The notes beneath the pieces are model-generated. The model was not told the origin of the DNA and searched no databases. It saw nothing but the letters and a program-made list of their open reading frames with translations. From NCBI GenBank assembly GCA_009692505.1, contig SHZC01000002.1, positions 1,581-65,580 of the forward strand: DNA of 64,000 nt. The letters are read 5' to 3'. Below are positions 1-7,520 of the stretch, in pieces; positions within the stretch are counted from its first letter, which is position 1; the number at the start of each line of letters is the position of its first letter. The DNA comes from Myxococcales bacterium. GTDB taxonomy: Bacteria > Myxococcota_A > Bradymonadia > UBA7976 > UBA1532. A program made the translations under genes and the position numbers.

Positions 1-616
1 GGACATCGGCGTCTCGGGCGAGCTCGACGAGGACCGCGTCGACTTCGCCCGAGTGCGGATCGTGCTCGGTGTCGGTCGCGTACACAAAAGACCGCCCGGC
101 GTGTTCCACCCGCATACCGATACATCCGCCGGGGTGCTGCAGGCTCACCGGCCGCACGGTCGCTTCACCGCAGGCGACGTCCTCGCCCGAACGAAGCTCG
201 TGAAACGAGAGGTCGCTGCCCATGACGGAGAGCGGCACCGGGAAGTTGGGATCGGTCATCTGACCTTCGAGGACGGCGCGCACGCTCCGGTCGCCTTTGC
301 TCTGGCCGCGCACCCGGAAGGTGTTTCCCGCGATGAATGCCGGCGTGAAAAACGGGAACCCCTGGATGTGGTCCCAGTGCATATGCGAGAGGAAGATGTC
401 GGCCTCGACGGGCTTGCGCGTGGCCAAAAGCGCGCTTCCCAAGAGCCTCAGCCCCGTCCCGCAATCGAGAATAATGAGTCGACCGGCGGCCCGTACCTCG
501 AGACACGGGGTATTGCCGCCATAACGAACGGTCGCCGCGCCGGGGGTCGCAATGCTTCCGCGCACGCCCCAAAAGCGAACTTCAATCGCAGGCTCGACAT
601 GAACGTCGGTCGACAT
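1..616 (-). CDS. MBL-fold metallo-hydrolase (N-terminal part; gene runs off the left edge)
   Basis: Absent from the ORF track because it is open at the window edge. My translation of the reverse strand from the ATG (complement of 614-616) gives MSTDVHVEPAIEVRFWGVRGSIATPG...LIILDCGTGLR...DIFLSHMHWDHIQGFPFF. It carries the HxHxDH zinc motif of the metallo-beta-lactamase fold. ORFs 53..667(+) and 165..572(-) are other frames of the same DNA. Confidence 0.75.
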   Translation of the reverse strand, partial: MSTDVHVEPAIEVRFWGVRGSIATPGAATVRYGGNTPCLEVRAAGRLIILDCGTGLRLLGSALLATRKPVEADIFLSHMHWDHIQGFPFFTPAFIAGNTFRVRGQSKGDRSVRAVLEGQMTDPNFPVPLSVMGSDLSFHELRSGEDVACGEATVRPVSLQHPGGCIGMRVEHAGRSFVYATDTEHDPHSGEVDAVLVELARDADV

Positions 617-737
617 CGTCGAGAGTATATCCGGGGCCGGAGCCGGGGCAAATCTTCACGAAATTGACACGATTGGGCGACCATATCGCGTTGGGCTCGC
701 GTTGCACCCCTGCCCGCTCGGGCGTAGCTTCGCGGCC

Positions 738-1865
738 ATGAACCGCGCTGCCATTCGATGCTCCGTCGCCCTCTTGCTCACCGTCGCCCACGCCCCGATC
801 GCGGCGGCTCGGCCCCCCATCGTCGATGTGCACGTGCACACCTCGCCGGAGCAATACGCCTTCACCGATGCCTTGCTCACGGCCAACGGGGTCTCGCGTT
901 TCGTCAACCTCTCCGGCGGGGCCCCGGGGGATGGGCTCGAAGAGGCGCTCGACGCGGCGAAGGACTACGACGGTCGAGTGATCGTCTGCGCGAACCCGGA
1001 GTGGGAGAAGCTGACCTCGGGTGGCTTCGGCGAGAGCCAAGCCAGGATGCTCGAGCAGGCCGCGGCCATGGGTGCCCGCTGTCTGAAGATCAGCAAGTCC
1101 TTGGGCCTTGGCGTGCCGACGCCCGAAGACGAGACGAAGCTGCTCACCGTCGATGATCCTCGCCTCGATCCGATGTGGGCGGCGGCCGGTCGACTCGGCT
1201 TGCCGGTGTTCATTCACACGGGCGATCCTGCGGCGTTCTTCGAGCCCATGTCCCCGGCCAACGAGCGATGGGACGAGCTGTCCGTGCACCCCGCCTGGTC
1301 GTTCGCCGAGCCGCAATATCCTCGGCTTGAGGCGCTCATGGCCGCGCGGGATCGGGTGGTCGAGCGGCATCGGGGCACGACGTTTATCGGGGTTCACTTC
1401 GGCTGCTGGCCGGAGAACCTCGACTACATCGACAAGGCCCTCTCGGTGCACCCCAACCTCTTCGTCGACATCGCCGCCCGCGTGCCAGAGATTGGCCGGC
1501 ACTCCGCCGAGAAGCTCCGCGCGGTCTTCCTTCGCCATCAGGATCGCATCCTCTTCGGGACCGATCTCGGCGTGGGCCGGAGCCTGATGTTGGGCTCGAC
1601 GGGCCGGACCAAGCCCACTATCGCCGACGCGTTTCTCTTTTTTGCCGACCACTTCCGTTTTCTGGAGACGAACGACCGCGGCATCCCCCACCCCACCCCC
1701 ATCCAGGGTCGCTGGACGGTGGACGCGATTGGCCTGCCCGAGGACGTGCTCGAGAAGGTCTATGCCGGCAACGCGCTGAAGCTGCTCTGGCACGAAGACG
1801 GGCCCCAGGGGAAGGATCGGAACGCCGTGATGCATGGCACGTCCGTCGTCGATTTCTTCCCGTGA
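738..1865 (+). CDS. Secreted amidohydrolase-family (TIM-barrel metal-dependent hydrolase) protein
   Basis: ORF 702..1865 (TTG) trimmed to ATG 738, giving a signal-like N-terminus MNRAAIRCSVALLLTVAHAPIAAA. Motifs VDVHVHT (HxH), FIHTGD, IGVHFG and LFGTD fit the Amidohydro_2 family. Confidence 0.75.
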   Translation: MNRAAIRCSVALLLTVAHAPIAAARPPIVDVHVHTSPEQYAFTDALLTANGVSRFVNLSGGAPGDGLEEALDAAKDYDGRVIVCANPEWEKLTSGGFGESQARMLEQAAAMGARCLKISKSLGLGVPTPEDETKLLTVDDPRLDPMWAAAGRLGLPVFIHTGDPAAFFEPMSPANERWDELSVHPAWSFAEPQYPRLEALMAARDRVVERHRGTTFIGVHFGCWPENLDYIDKALSVHPNLFVDIAARVPEIGRHSAEKLRAVFLRHQDRILFGTDLGVGRSLMLGSTGRTKPTIADAFLFFADHFRFLETNDRGIPHPTPIQGRWTVDAIGLPEDVLEKVYAGNALKLLWHEDGPQGKDRNAVMHGTSVVDFFP

Positions 1866-3472
1866 GCGTCCGTTTCTTCACCGCGTTCGCGGTCCTCGGC
1901 GCCTGCCTCCTGGCGTGTGACGCGGCGGCCCCGCAGGGCACTTCCGCCCCAGACGCTTCGCCGGCGGACCCTCCGCAGCCGGACGCGCTCGACGGGTCGA
2001 CAGACACGGCCCGAGTCGATGCCGAAGACCCAGAGCCGGAGGGGGCCACGCTCGCCTTCGACTTCGGCAGCGTCACCGTCGACGCCTTCGAGGAGCAGGC
2101 TGGCTGGTGCGCCGCCTGGACGCTTCAAAACGAGCAGCCCCTCTATGTCGAAGAGCTGCGAATGCGGAACGGCGGCGGCTTCCACCACTCCAATTGGTTT
2201 GTGGTGCCGGAGGAGTTCTTCGACGGACCCGATGGGTTCTTTCGCTGCCCACAGCGCGACTTCACCGAGACAAAAGCCGTGCTCCTCGGCACGGCGATCT
2301 TCGCCCAGTCCACGCAGTCCCTCTTCGAGCGTCAGCGCCTCGGCGACGGCGTGGTCATCAAGGTGCCGCCGAGGCACCGCATCATCGCGGCGATTCACCT
2401 GCTCAACCTCGGCGGTCGGCGGCTCAACACCTCGCTGCAAGCGGGCCTCACGCTGCTGCATCCGGCGGCCGTCCGGACGGTGGCGACGCCGTTCCGGCTC
2501 TACTACAACGACCTGCACCTCCCCCCCGAGGCGAGCAGCCGCTTCCAGTCCACCTGCGATCTCAAGACACCCGTGGAGAACGCCGTCGGCGACCCCTTCG
2601 AGCTCAAGCTCTTCTACGTCCTGCCGCACTACCACGCCTTTGGCGACGGCTTTGACCTCTCGCTGGCCGGCGGACCTCGGGACGGTGAGTCGCTGTTCCA
2701 GGTCTCGGGCTTCGACGCCGACGCCCACGGCGCCTCGTTTGATCCGCCCCTCTCGCTCAAGGACGCCGGCGCGACGGGCCTGCGCTTCTCATGCAGCTAC
2801 CGCAACCCGACCTCGCGCTCCATCAGCTACGGCCTGGCCGAGGGCGAGATGTGCATGATGTTGGGCTTCGCGGAGCTTGGGGTGCTGCTCGACGCAGGCG
2901 TCGAGTCTGGGAGCGCGGGGGTGGAGTCGGGGGGCTCCGGCGATCGACAGCTCTTCGAGGGACCGTGCCGCGTCCTGCCGCTCCCAAAGAAGCCCACGCA
3001 GGGGCCCCCGACCGAGGATGAGAGGGCAGCCCCCCTCTACCTGCCGCCGAATGAAGGTCTCCTTCTCGATCCGGTCGAGACGCCCACCTGTCGGGACGCG
3101 AACCCTGAGGCCGCCGCGGTCATGGCCCCCACGCTGGCCAATGTAAGCGCGCAGGTCTTCCGACCGTCGTGCGCCTTCTCCTCGTGCCACGGCGGCCTCA
3201 CCCCAGCGGCCGGCCTCGCCCTCGATCTGACGGGTCAGGCCCTCCGTGACGCGCTCGTCCGCCACGACGTCCAGGCCGAGACCATCCTTCGACTCGTCTC
3301 ACCGGGTGACGCGCTCGCCAGCTGGCTCTACCAGGTCGTGTCTCTGTGCGGACCGGTCGACGACCGTCGGCGGGTCGCCTCCCACATGCCCAAGAACGCC
3401 GCCGTGCTCCTCGACGATCGACTCGTGGCGCTGCTCCGCGACTGGATCGATGCCGGGGCCCTCGCCGACTAG
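1862..3472 (+). CDS. Lipoprotein with PHM/DBH-like copper type II monooxygenase motifs and a cytochrome-like C-terminal domain
   Basis: GTG 1862 overlaps the upstream stop (GTGA). Lipobox LGACLLAC. Motifs in PHM order: FHHSNW, AAIHLLN, LPHYHAFG and GEMCMMLGF. The C-terminus has FRPSCAFSSCHGG ... WIDAGA. The CDS call is solid; the function is by-eye only. Confidence 0.6.
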   Translation: MSVRFFTAFAVLGACLLACDAAAPQGTSAPDASPADPPQPDALDGSTDTARVDAEDPEPEGATLAFDFGSVTVDAFEEQAGWCAAWTLQNEQPLYVEELRMRNGGGFHHSNWFVVPEEFFDGPDGFFRCPQRDFTETKAVLLGTAIFAQSTQSLFERQRLGDGVVIKVPPRHRIIAAIHLLNLGGRRLNTSLQAGLTLLHPAAVRTVATPFRLYYNDLHLPPEASSRFQSTCDLKTPVENAVGDPFELKLFYVLPHYHAFGDGFDLSLAGGPRDGESLFQVSGFDADAHGASFDPPLSLKDAGATGLRFSCSYRNPTSRSISYGLAEGEMCMMLGFAELGVLLDAGVESGSAGVESGGSGDRQLFEGPCRVLPLPKKPTQGPPTEDERAAPLYLPPNEGLLLDPVETPTCRDANPEAAAVMAPTLANVSAQVFRPSCAFSSCHGGLTPAAGLALDLTGQALRDALVRHDVQAETILRLVSPGDALASWLYQVVSLCGPVDDRRRVASHMPKNAAVLLDDRLVALLRDWIDAGALAD

Positions 3473-3478
3473 ACGTCG

Positions 3479-5638
3479 TCAGCCGGCGATGCGCTCCACC
3501 GAGGTGACGCCGTCGATCTTCTCGATCATCGAGATGACCTTCCGCAGTTGGTCAAGGTTATTGACCAATACGGTGAAGTTGTTCACCGCGCGTTTATCGA
3601 GGCTCGTCTTGCAGTTGACCGCGCTGATGTTCACGCCGGCCGAGTGGAAAGACTGGCTGATGCTCGCGAGCAGCCCGGGGGTGTCGACGCTGTAGATGCG
3701 GATGTCGACGGGCCGAAGAAGGCGGCTCTGGCTGTCCCAGTGCACATCCATCCGGCGCGCCGGATCGTAGTTGCCGACCTGCACGCAGTCCTTGCGATGA
3801 ATCGTGATGCCGCGGCCACGCGTGACGAAGCCCACGATAGGGTCGCCGTGGACCGGGGCGCAGCACTTCGGGAAGACCGTCGCGATGTCGTCCATCCCGT
3901 CGACGACGATGCCCCCCTCACGTTTGGGCATGAACTTCTTGAAGACCTTGGCAAACGGGTTGCTGTCCGCCTCCTGTGGCCCCTTCTCCAGCTTGTCGGC
4001 CGGGACCAGATCCGGCAGCAGCGCGTCGATGCGAATCTTCTCGTAGCCGAGCGCGACGAGGCACTCGGCCTCCGTACGAAACTTATGCTTTGAGAGCACC
4101 TCGGCGAGCTTGCCCGAGCGACGCAGCTTGGTCAGGGAGAGGCCATACTTCTTGACCTCCTTCTCGATGAGCTCCTCGCCGATCAGGACCATCCGCTCCC
4201 GCGTCTCCTGGCGCAGGTAGTTGCGGATCTTGGCCTTGGCGCGCCCCGATCGTACGAGGGACATCCAGTCCTTGCCGGGCTTGCTGCCGGTGGTCCGGAT
4301 GATCTCGACGGCGTCGCCGTTCTGGAGTTCGTAGCGCAGCGGGACGATCGAGCCGTTGACCCGCGCGCCCGTCGTCTCATGCCCGAGATCCGTGTGCACG
4401 GAGTAGGCGAAGTCGAGCGGCGTCGCCCCCCGCGGGAAGGCCTTGACCTCGCCTTTGGGCGTGAAGACGTAGACCTCATCGGCGAAGAGATCGACCTTGA
4501 CGATCTCCATGAACTCGGTCGGATCCTGGAGATCCCTCTGCCACTCGAGGAGCTGCCGCAGCCAGGCGAACTTATCGCTCGCGTCGCGGTGGTGCATCCC
4601 GTATTGGCCCTCTTTATAGGTCCAGTGGGCCGCGACCCCGAACTCGGCGAACTGGTGCATCTCCTCGGTCCGAATCTGGATCTCGATGCGCTCGCCCTCA
4701 GGCCCCATCACAGACGTGTGGAGCGACTGGTAGCCATTGGGCTTCGGCAGCGCGATGTAGTCCTTGAATCGGCCAGGGACGGGCTTCCACAGACTGTGCA
4801 CCAAGCCGAGCGCCTCGTAACACTCGGAGAGCCGCTCGGTGACGATTCGGAACGCGAGGATGTCGAAGAGGCTGTCGAAGGCCTGCCCCGAGATCTTGAT
4901 CTTTTGCCGGATGGACCAGAGGTGCTTGGGCCGTCCGTTGAGGTCGCCCTTGACGCCATGTTTCTTCAGCTCGGCGTCGAGCTGTTCATTGACCCGATCG
5001 ATGTACTGCTCGCGCTCGCGGCGGGTCTTCTTGATGAGGTCGGCCAGCTCCCGATACTCGTCCGCGTAGAGATACTTGAAGCACAGATCCTCGAGCTCGA
5101 TCTTCAGCCAGTTTACGCCCAGCCGATTGGCCAGGGGCGCGAAGATGTCGAGGGTCTCCTGCGCGATGCGCTTCTGCTTCTCGGGGGGCAGGTGCGAGAG
5201 CGTCCGCATATTGTGAAGACGGTCCGCCAGCTTGACCAAGATGACCCGGAGGTCACGGCTCATGGCGATGAGCATCTTGCGGAAGTTCTCGGCGGCCGCC
5301 TCCTCCGCGCTGTGAAAGTTGAGCTTCTCCAGCTTCGTGACGCCGTCCACGAGGAAGCAGACGTCCTTGCCGAACTGCGCCTCGATGTCCTCGACCGTCG
5401 CGACCGTGTCCTCGACCGTGTCGTGAAGCAGGGCCGCGGCCACGCTCGGCGCGTCGAGCCGAAGCTGCGCCACGATGTGGCTCACCTCAAGGGGGTGAAC
5501 GAGGTAGGGCTCGCCATTCCGGCGCGTCTGGCCACGATGGGCGGCGGCGCTGAAGACGTAGGCCCGGCGCACCATCTCCACGTCGGCACCTGGGTGATGT
5601 TTGCTCAGGAGCTCGGTCACATCGTCGAGGCGAATCAT
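3479..5638 (-). CDS. rel: Bifunctional (p)ppGpp synthetase/hydrolase (RelA/SpoT homologue)
   Basis: 719 aa. HD hydrolase motif LLHDTVEDT, synthetase region RFKDYIALPKPNGYQSLHT, TGS (VYVFTPKGEV) and a C-terminal ACT-like region. Confidence 0.95.
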   Translation of the reverse strand: MIRLDDVTELLSKHHPGADVEMVRRAYVFSAAAHRGQTRRNGEPYLVHPLEVSHIVAQLRLDAPSVAAALLHDTVEDTVATVEDIEAQFGKDVCFLVDGVTKLEKLNFHSAEEAAAENFRKMLIAMSRDLRVILVKLADRLHNMRTLSHLPPEKQKRIAQETLDIFAPLANRLGVNWLKIELEDLCFKYLYADEYRELADLIKKTRREREQYIDRVNEQLDAELKKHGVKGDLNGRPKHLWSIRQKIKISGQAFDSLFDILAFRIVTERLSECYEALGLVHSLWKPVPGRFKDYIALPKPNGYQSLHTSVMGPEGERIEIQIRTEEMHQFAEFGVAAHWTYKEGQYGMHHRDASDKFAWLRQLLEWQRDLQDPTEFMEIVKVDLFADEVYVFTPKGEVKAFPRGATPLDFAYSVHTDLGHETTGARVNGSIVPLRYELQNGDAVEIIRTTGSKPGKDWMSLVRSGRAKAKIRNYLRQETRERMVLIGEELIEKEVKKYGLSLTKLRRSGKLAEVLSKHKFRTEAECLVALGYEKIRIDALLPDLVPADKLEKGPQEADSNPFAKVFKKFMPKREGGIVVDGMDDIATVFPKCCAPVHGDPIVGFVTRGRGITIHRKDCVQVGNYDPARRMDVHWDSQSRLLRPVDIRIYSVDTPGLLASISQSFHSAGVNISAVNCKTSLDKRAVNNFTVLVNNLDQLRKVISMIEKIDGVTSVERIAG

Positions 5639-5648
5639 CGTGGTCAGC

Positions 5649-6248
5649 CTAGTCGATCACGCCAAATCTCTGAAGCCATAGGCGACGCTCAGACGTGCGG
5701 GAACGGCCAGAGAGGTAGACGCACTCAATCTCGCGCACGGCGTCTTCGAGCACGTCGTTGATGATGAGATGGTCGAAGGTGTGCGCGACAGCGAGCTCAG
5801 CCCGGGCGACACCCATCCGGCGAAGGACCACCTCCCGATCGTCCGTGCCGCGCTTCCGGAGCCGATCGCCCAGGACCTCCATCGAAGGGGGCAGGATAAA
5901 GACGCTGACAGACTCGCTGTAGCGGGCCTTGAGCGCCGCCGCCCCGACGACATCGACGTCGAAGAGCAGGTCGCAGCCATCGCGGTGGGCGTCGTCGACC
6001 TCGCGAGTGGACGTGCCGTAGAGGTGCCCGGCGTACTCGGCCCACTCCACGAAGTCTCGCCGCGCGATTCGCCCCTCGAAGGAGGCCCGATCGATAAAGT
6101 GATAGGCGACGCCGTCCAGCTCGCCCGGCCTCGGGGCGCGGGTCGTGTGGCTCACGCTGAGGCGGAGGGTCGTATGAAGCTCGAGGAGGCGCCGCGCCAT
6201 CGTCGACTTCCCAGTGCCGCTACAGGCCGCGATGATCAGAAGGGTCAA
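5649..6248 (-). CDS. gmk: Guanylate kinase
   Basis: P-loop CSGTGKST and SVSHTTRAPRPGELDGVAYHF, typical of Gmk. It lies between yicC and rel. Confidence 0.93.
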   Translation of the reverse strand: MTLLIIAACSGTGKSTMARRLLELHTTLRLSVSHTTRAPRPGELDGVAYHFIDRASFEGRIARRDFVEWAEYAGHLYGTSTREVDDAHRDGCDLLFDVDVVGAAALKARYSESVSVFILPPSMEVLGDRLRKRGTDDREVVLRRMGVARAELAVAHTFDHLIINDVLEDAVREIECVYLSGRSRTSERRLWLQRFGVID

Positions 6249-6252
6249 GGCC

Positions 6253-7161
6253 TCATTCCACGTTCTGCACCTGCTCGCGCAGACGCTCCAACTCGGCCTT
6301 CACCTCGACGACGCACTCGGAGAGCGTGAGGTCGGAGACCTTGCTGCCCACCGTGTTCGCCTCACGAAACATCTCCTGGCACAAGAAGTCCAGCCTCCGT
6401 CCGATGCCGTCTTCGGCCGCCGCCGCAGCCCCGGTCACGAGCGCGCGGGTCTGGGCGATGTGGCTGTTCAGGCGGGAGAGCTCCTCGGCGATGTCTACGC
6501 GCTCCGCGAAGCTCGCCACCTCATGCAGGATCCGGCTTGGGTCCGACCCGACGCCGATCGTCGCGAGGAGCTCCTTGAGGCGAGCCTCGAGCCGCTGCCG
6601 GTAGACCAACGCCTGCTCGGGTGCGCGCTCCGAAATTTGGGCGCACAAGGACTCGACCGAGGCGAGGCGTCGCAGCAGCTCGAGGCTCAGGGCCGCGCCC
6701 TCGACCTCGCGCATCTGGACGAGGCCGTCGAGCGCATGGGTCACGGCCAGCAACACGGCTTGGGCTGTGTCCGGCTTCGCCTCCGTGATGAGCTTCGGGG
6801 TCACGACGCCGGGAAACGAGAGGAGGGCTCTTGAGTCGACGACGAGGGCCACCCCGAGGTCCGAGGCCACGCGGCGATGGGCCTCGAGCAGGCTCCGGGC
6901 GAGCGCCTCGTTGACGACGACCTCCGATGCGATGGGAGCGTCACCGCTCCCGCCCCCCCCAAAGACATTGAGGTCGATGCGGCCTCGTCGGATGCGCGCC
7001 GCCACGGCCGCTCGCAGCGCCGGTTCGAGGCCGATGAGCTCGTGGGGCAGTCGGGTCTTGAGGTCGAGGTGGCGGTGGTTCACGGCACGGACCTCGACGA
7101 AGTAGGCCGGCTCCCCCGCGCTCCCTGAGCGGCCGAAGCCCGTCATGCTGCGCATCGACAT
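6253..7161 (-). CDS. yicC: YicC-family stress-induced protein
   Basis: ORF 6253..7548 trimmed to ATG 7161 (MSMRSMTGFGR..., the canonical YicC N-terminus). C-terminus has FLCQEMFREANTVGSK. The upstream 129 codons are Arg/Pro-rich and non-protein-like. Confidence 0.9.
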   Translation of the reverse strand: MSMRSMTGFGRSGSAGEPAYFVEVRAVNHRHLDLKTRLPHELIGLEPALRAAVAARIRRGRIDLNVFGGGGSGDAPIASEVVVNEALARSLLEAHRRVASDLGVALVVDSRALLSFPGVVTPKLITEAKPDTAQAVLLAVTHALDGLVQMREVEGAALSLELLRRLASVESLCAQISERAPEQALVYRQRLEARLKELLATIGVGSDPSRILHEVASFAERVDIAEELSRLNSHIAQTRALVTGAAAAAEDGIGRRLDFLCQEMFREANTVGSKVSDLTLSECVVEVKAELERLREQVQNVE

Positions 7162-7175
7162 TCCGGCGGACCCGC

Positions 7176-7439
7176 TTATCGGCCCGACTTGCCGACAGCA
7201 GCGACCACGGAGAGCTCGGGCGACAACTCGCGCTGCGGACCCATCGAGTCCCGGCCGGCGCGGACGTGCTCGGAGGCCCTGAGTCGGCCGGCCATCGAAG
7301 GCAAGGACATCGCGCTGACGGAGGAGCCGGAGGTGAACCGGGCCCCGTCGACACCGGGAGGCGAGTCCGCGCAGCCCGTGGCCAGGGAGGTCGTAACGAG
7401 CAAGAGGGCGAGGAACAGGGTCTTCGTTGCGGTCGACAT
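7176..7439 (-). CDS. Small lipoprotein, unknown function
   Basis: Internal ATG 7439 of ORF 7176..7496, preceded by GGAGA 5 nt upstream. MSTATKTLFLALLLVTTSLATGCADS has a signal peptide and lipobox. Third-position GC is high. Confidence 0.55.
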   Translation of the reverse strand: MSTATKTLFLALLLVTTSLATGCADSPPGVDGARFTSGSSVSAMSLPSMAGRLRASEHVRAGRDSMGPQRELSPELSVVAAVGKSGR

Positions 7440-7520
7440 ATACATCTCCAAGTGGGTGCGAGATGTAGGATATAAAACCACCTGCATGTTCAGCAAGAAC
7501 TTTGCCGGTTTTCGCCGGCG

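Noticed and set aside
582-1835. A 417-aa minus-strand ORF.
   Set aside because: It is antisense to the amidohydrolase gene. The sequence is Arg/Gly/Pro/His-rich and low in complexity, with no motifs. This is a typical high-GC shadow ORF.
4379-5761. A 460-aa plus-strand ORF.
   Set aside because: It is antisense to rel, which has unambiguous RSH motifs on the other strand.
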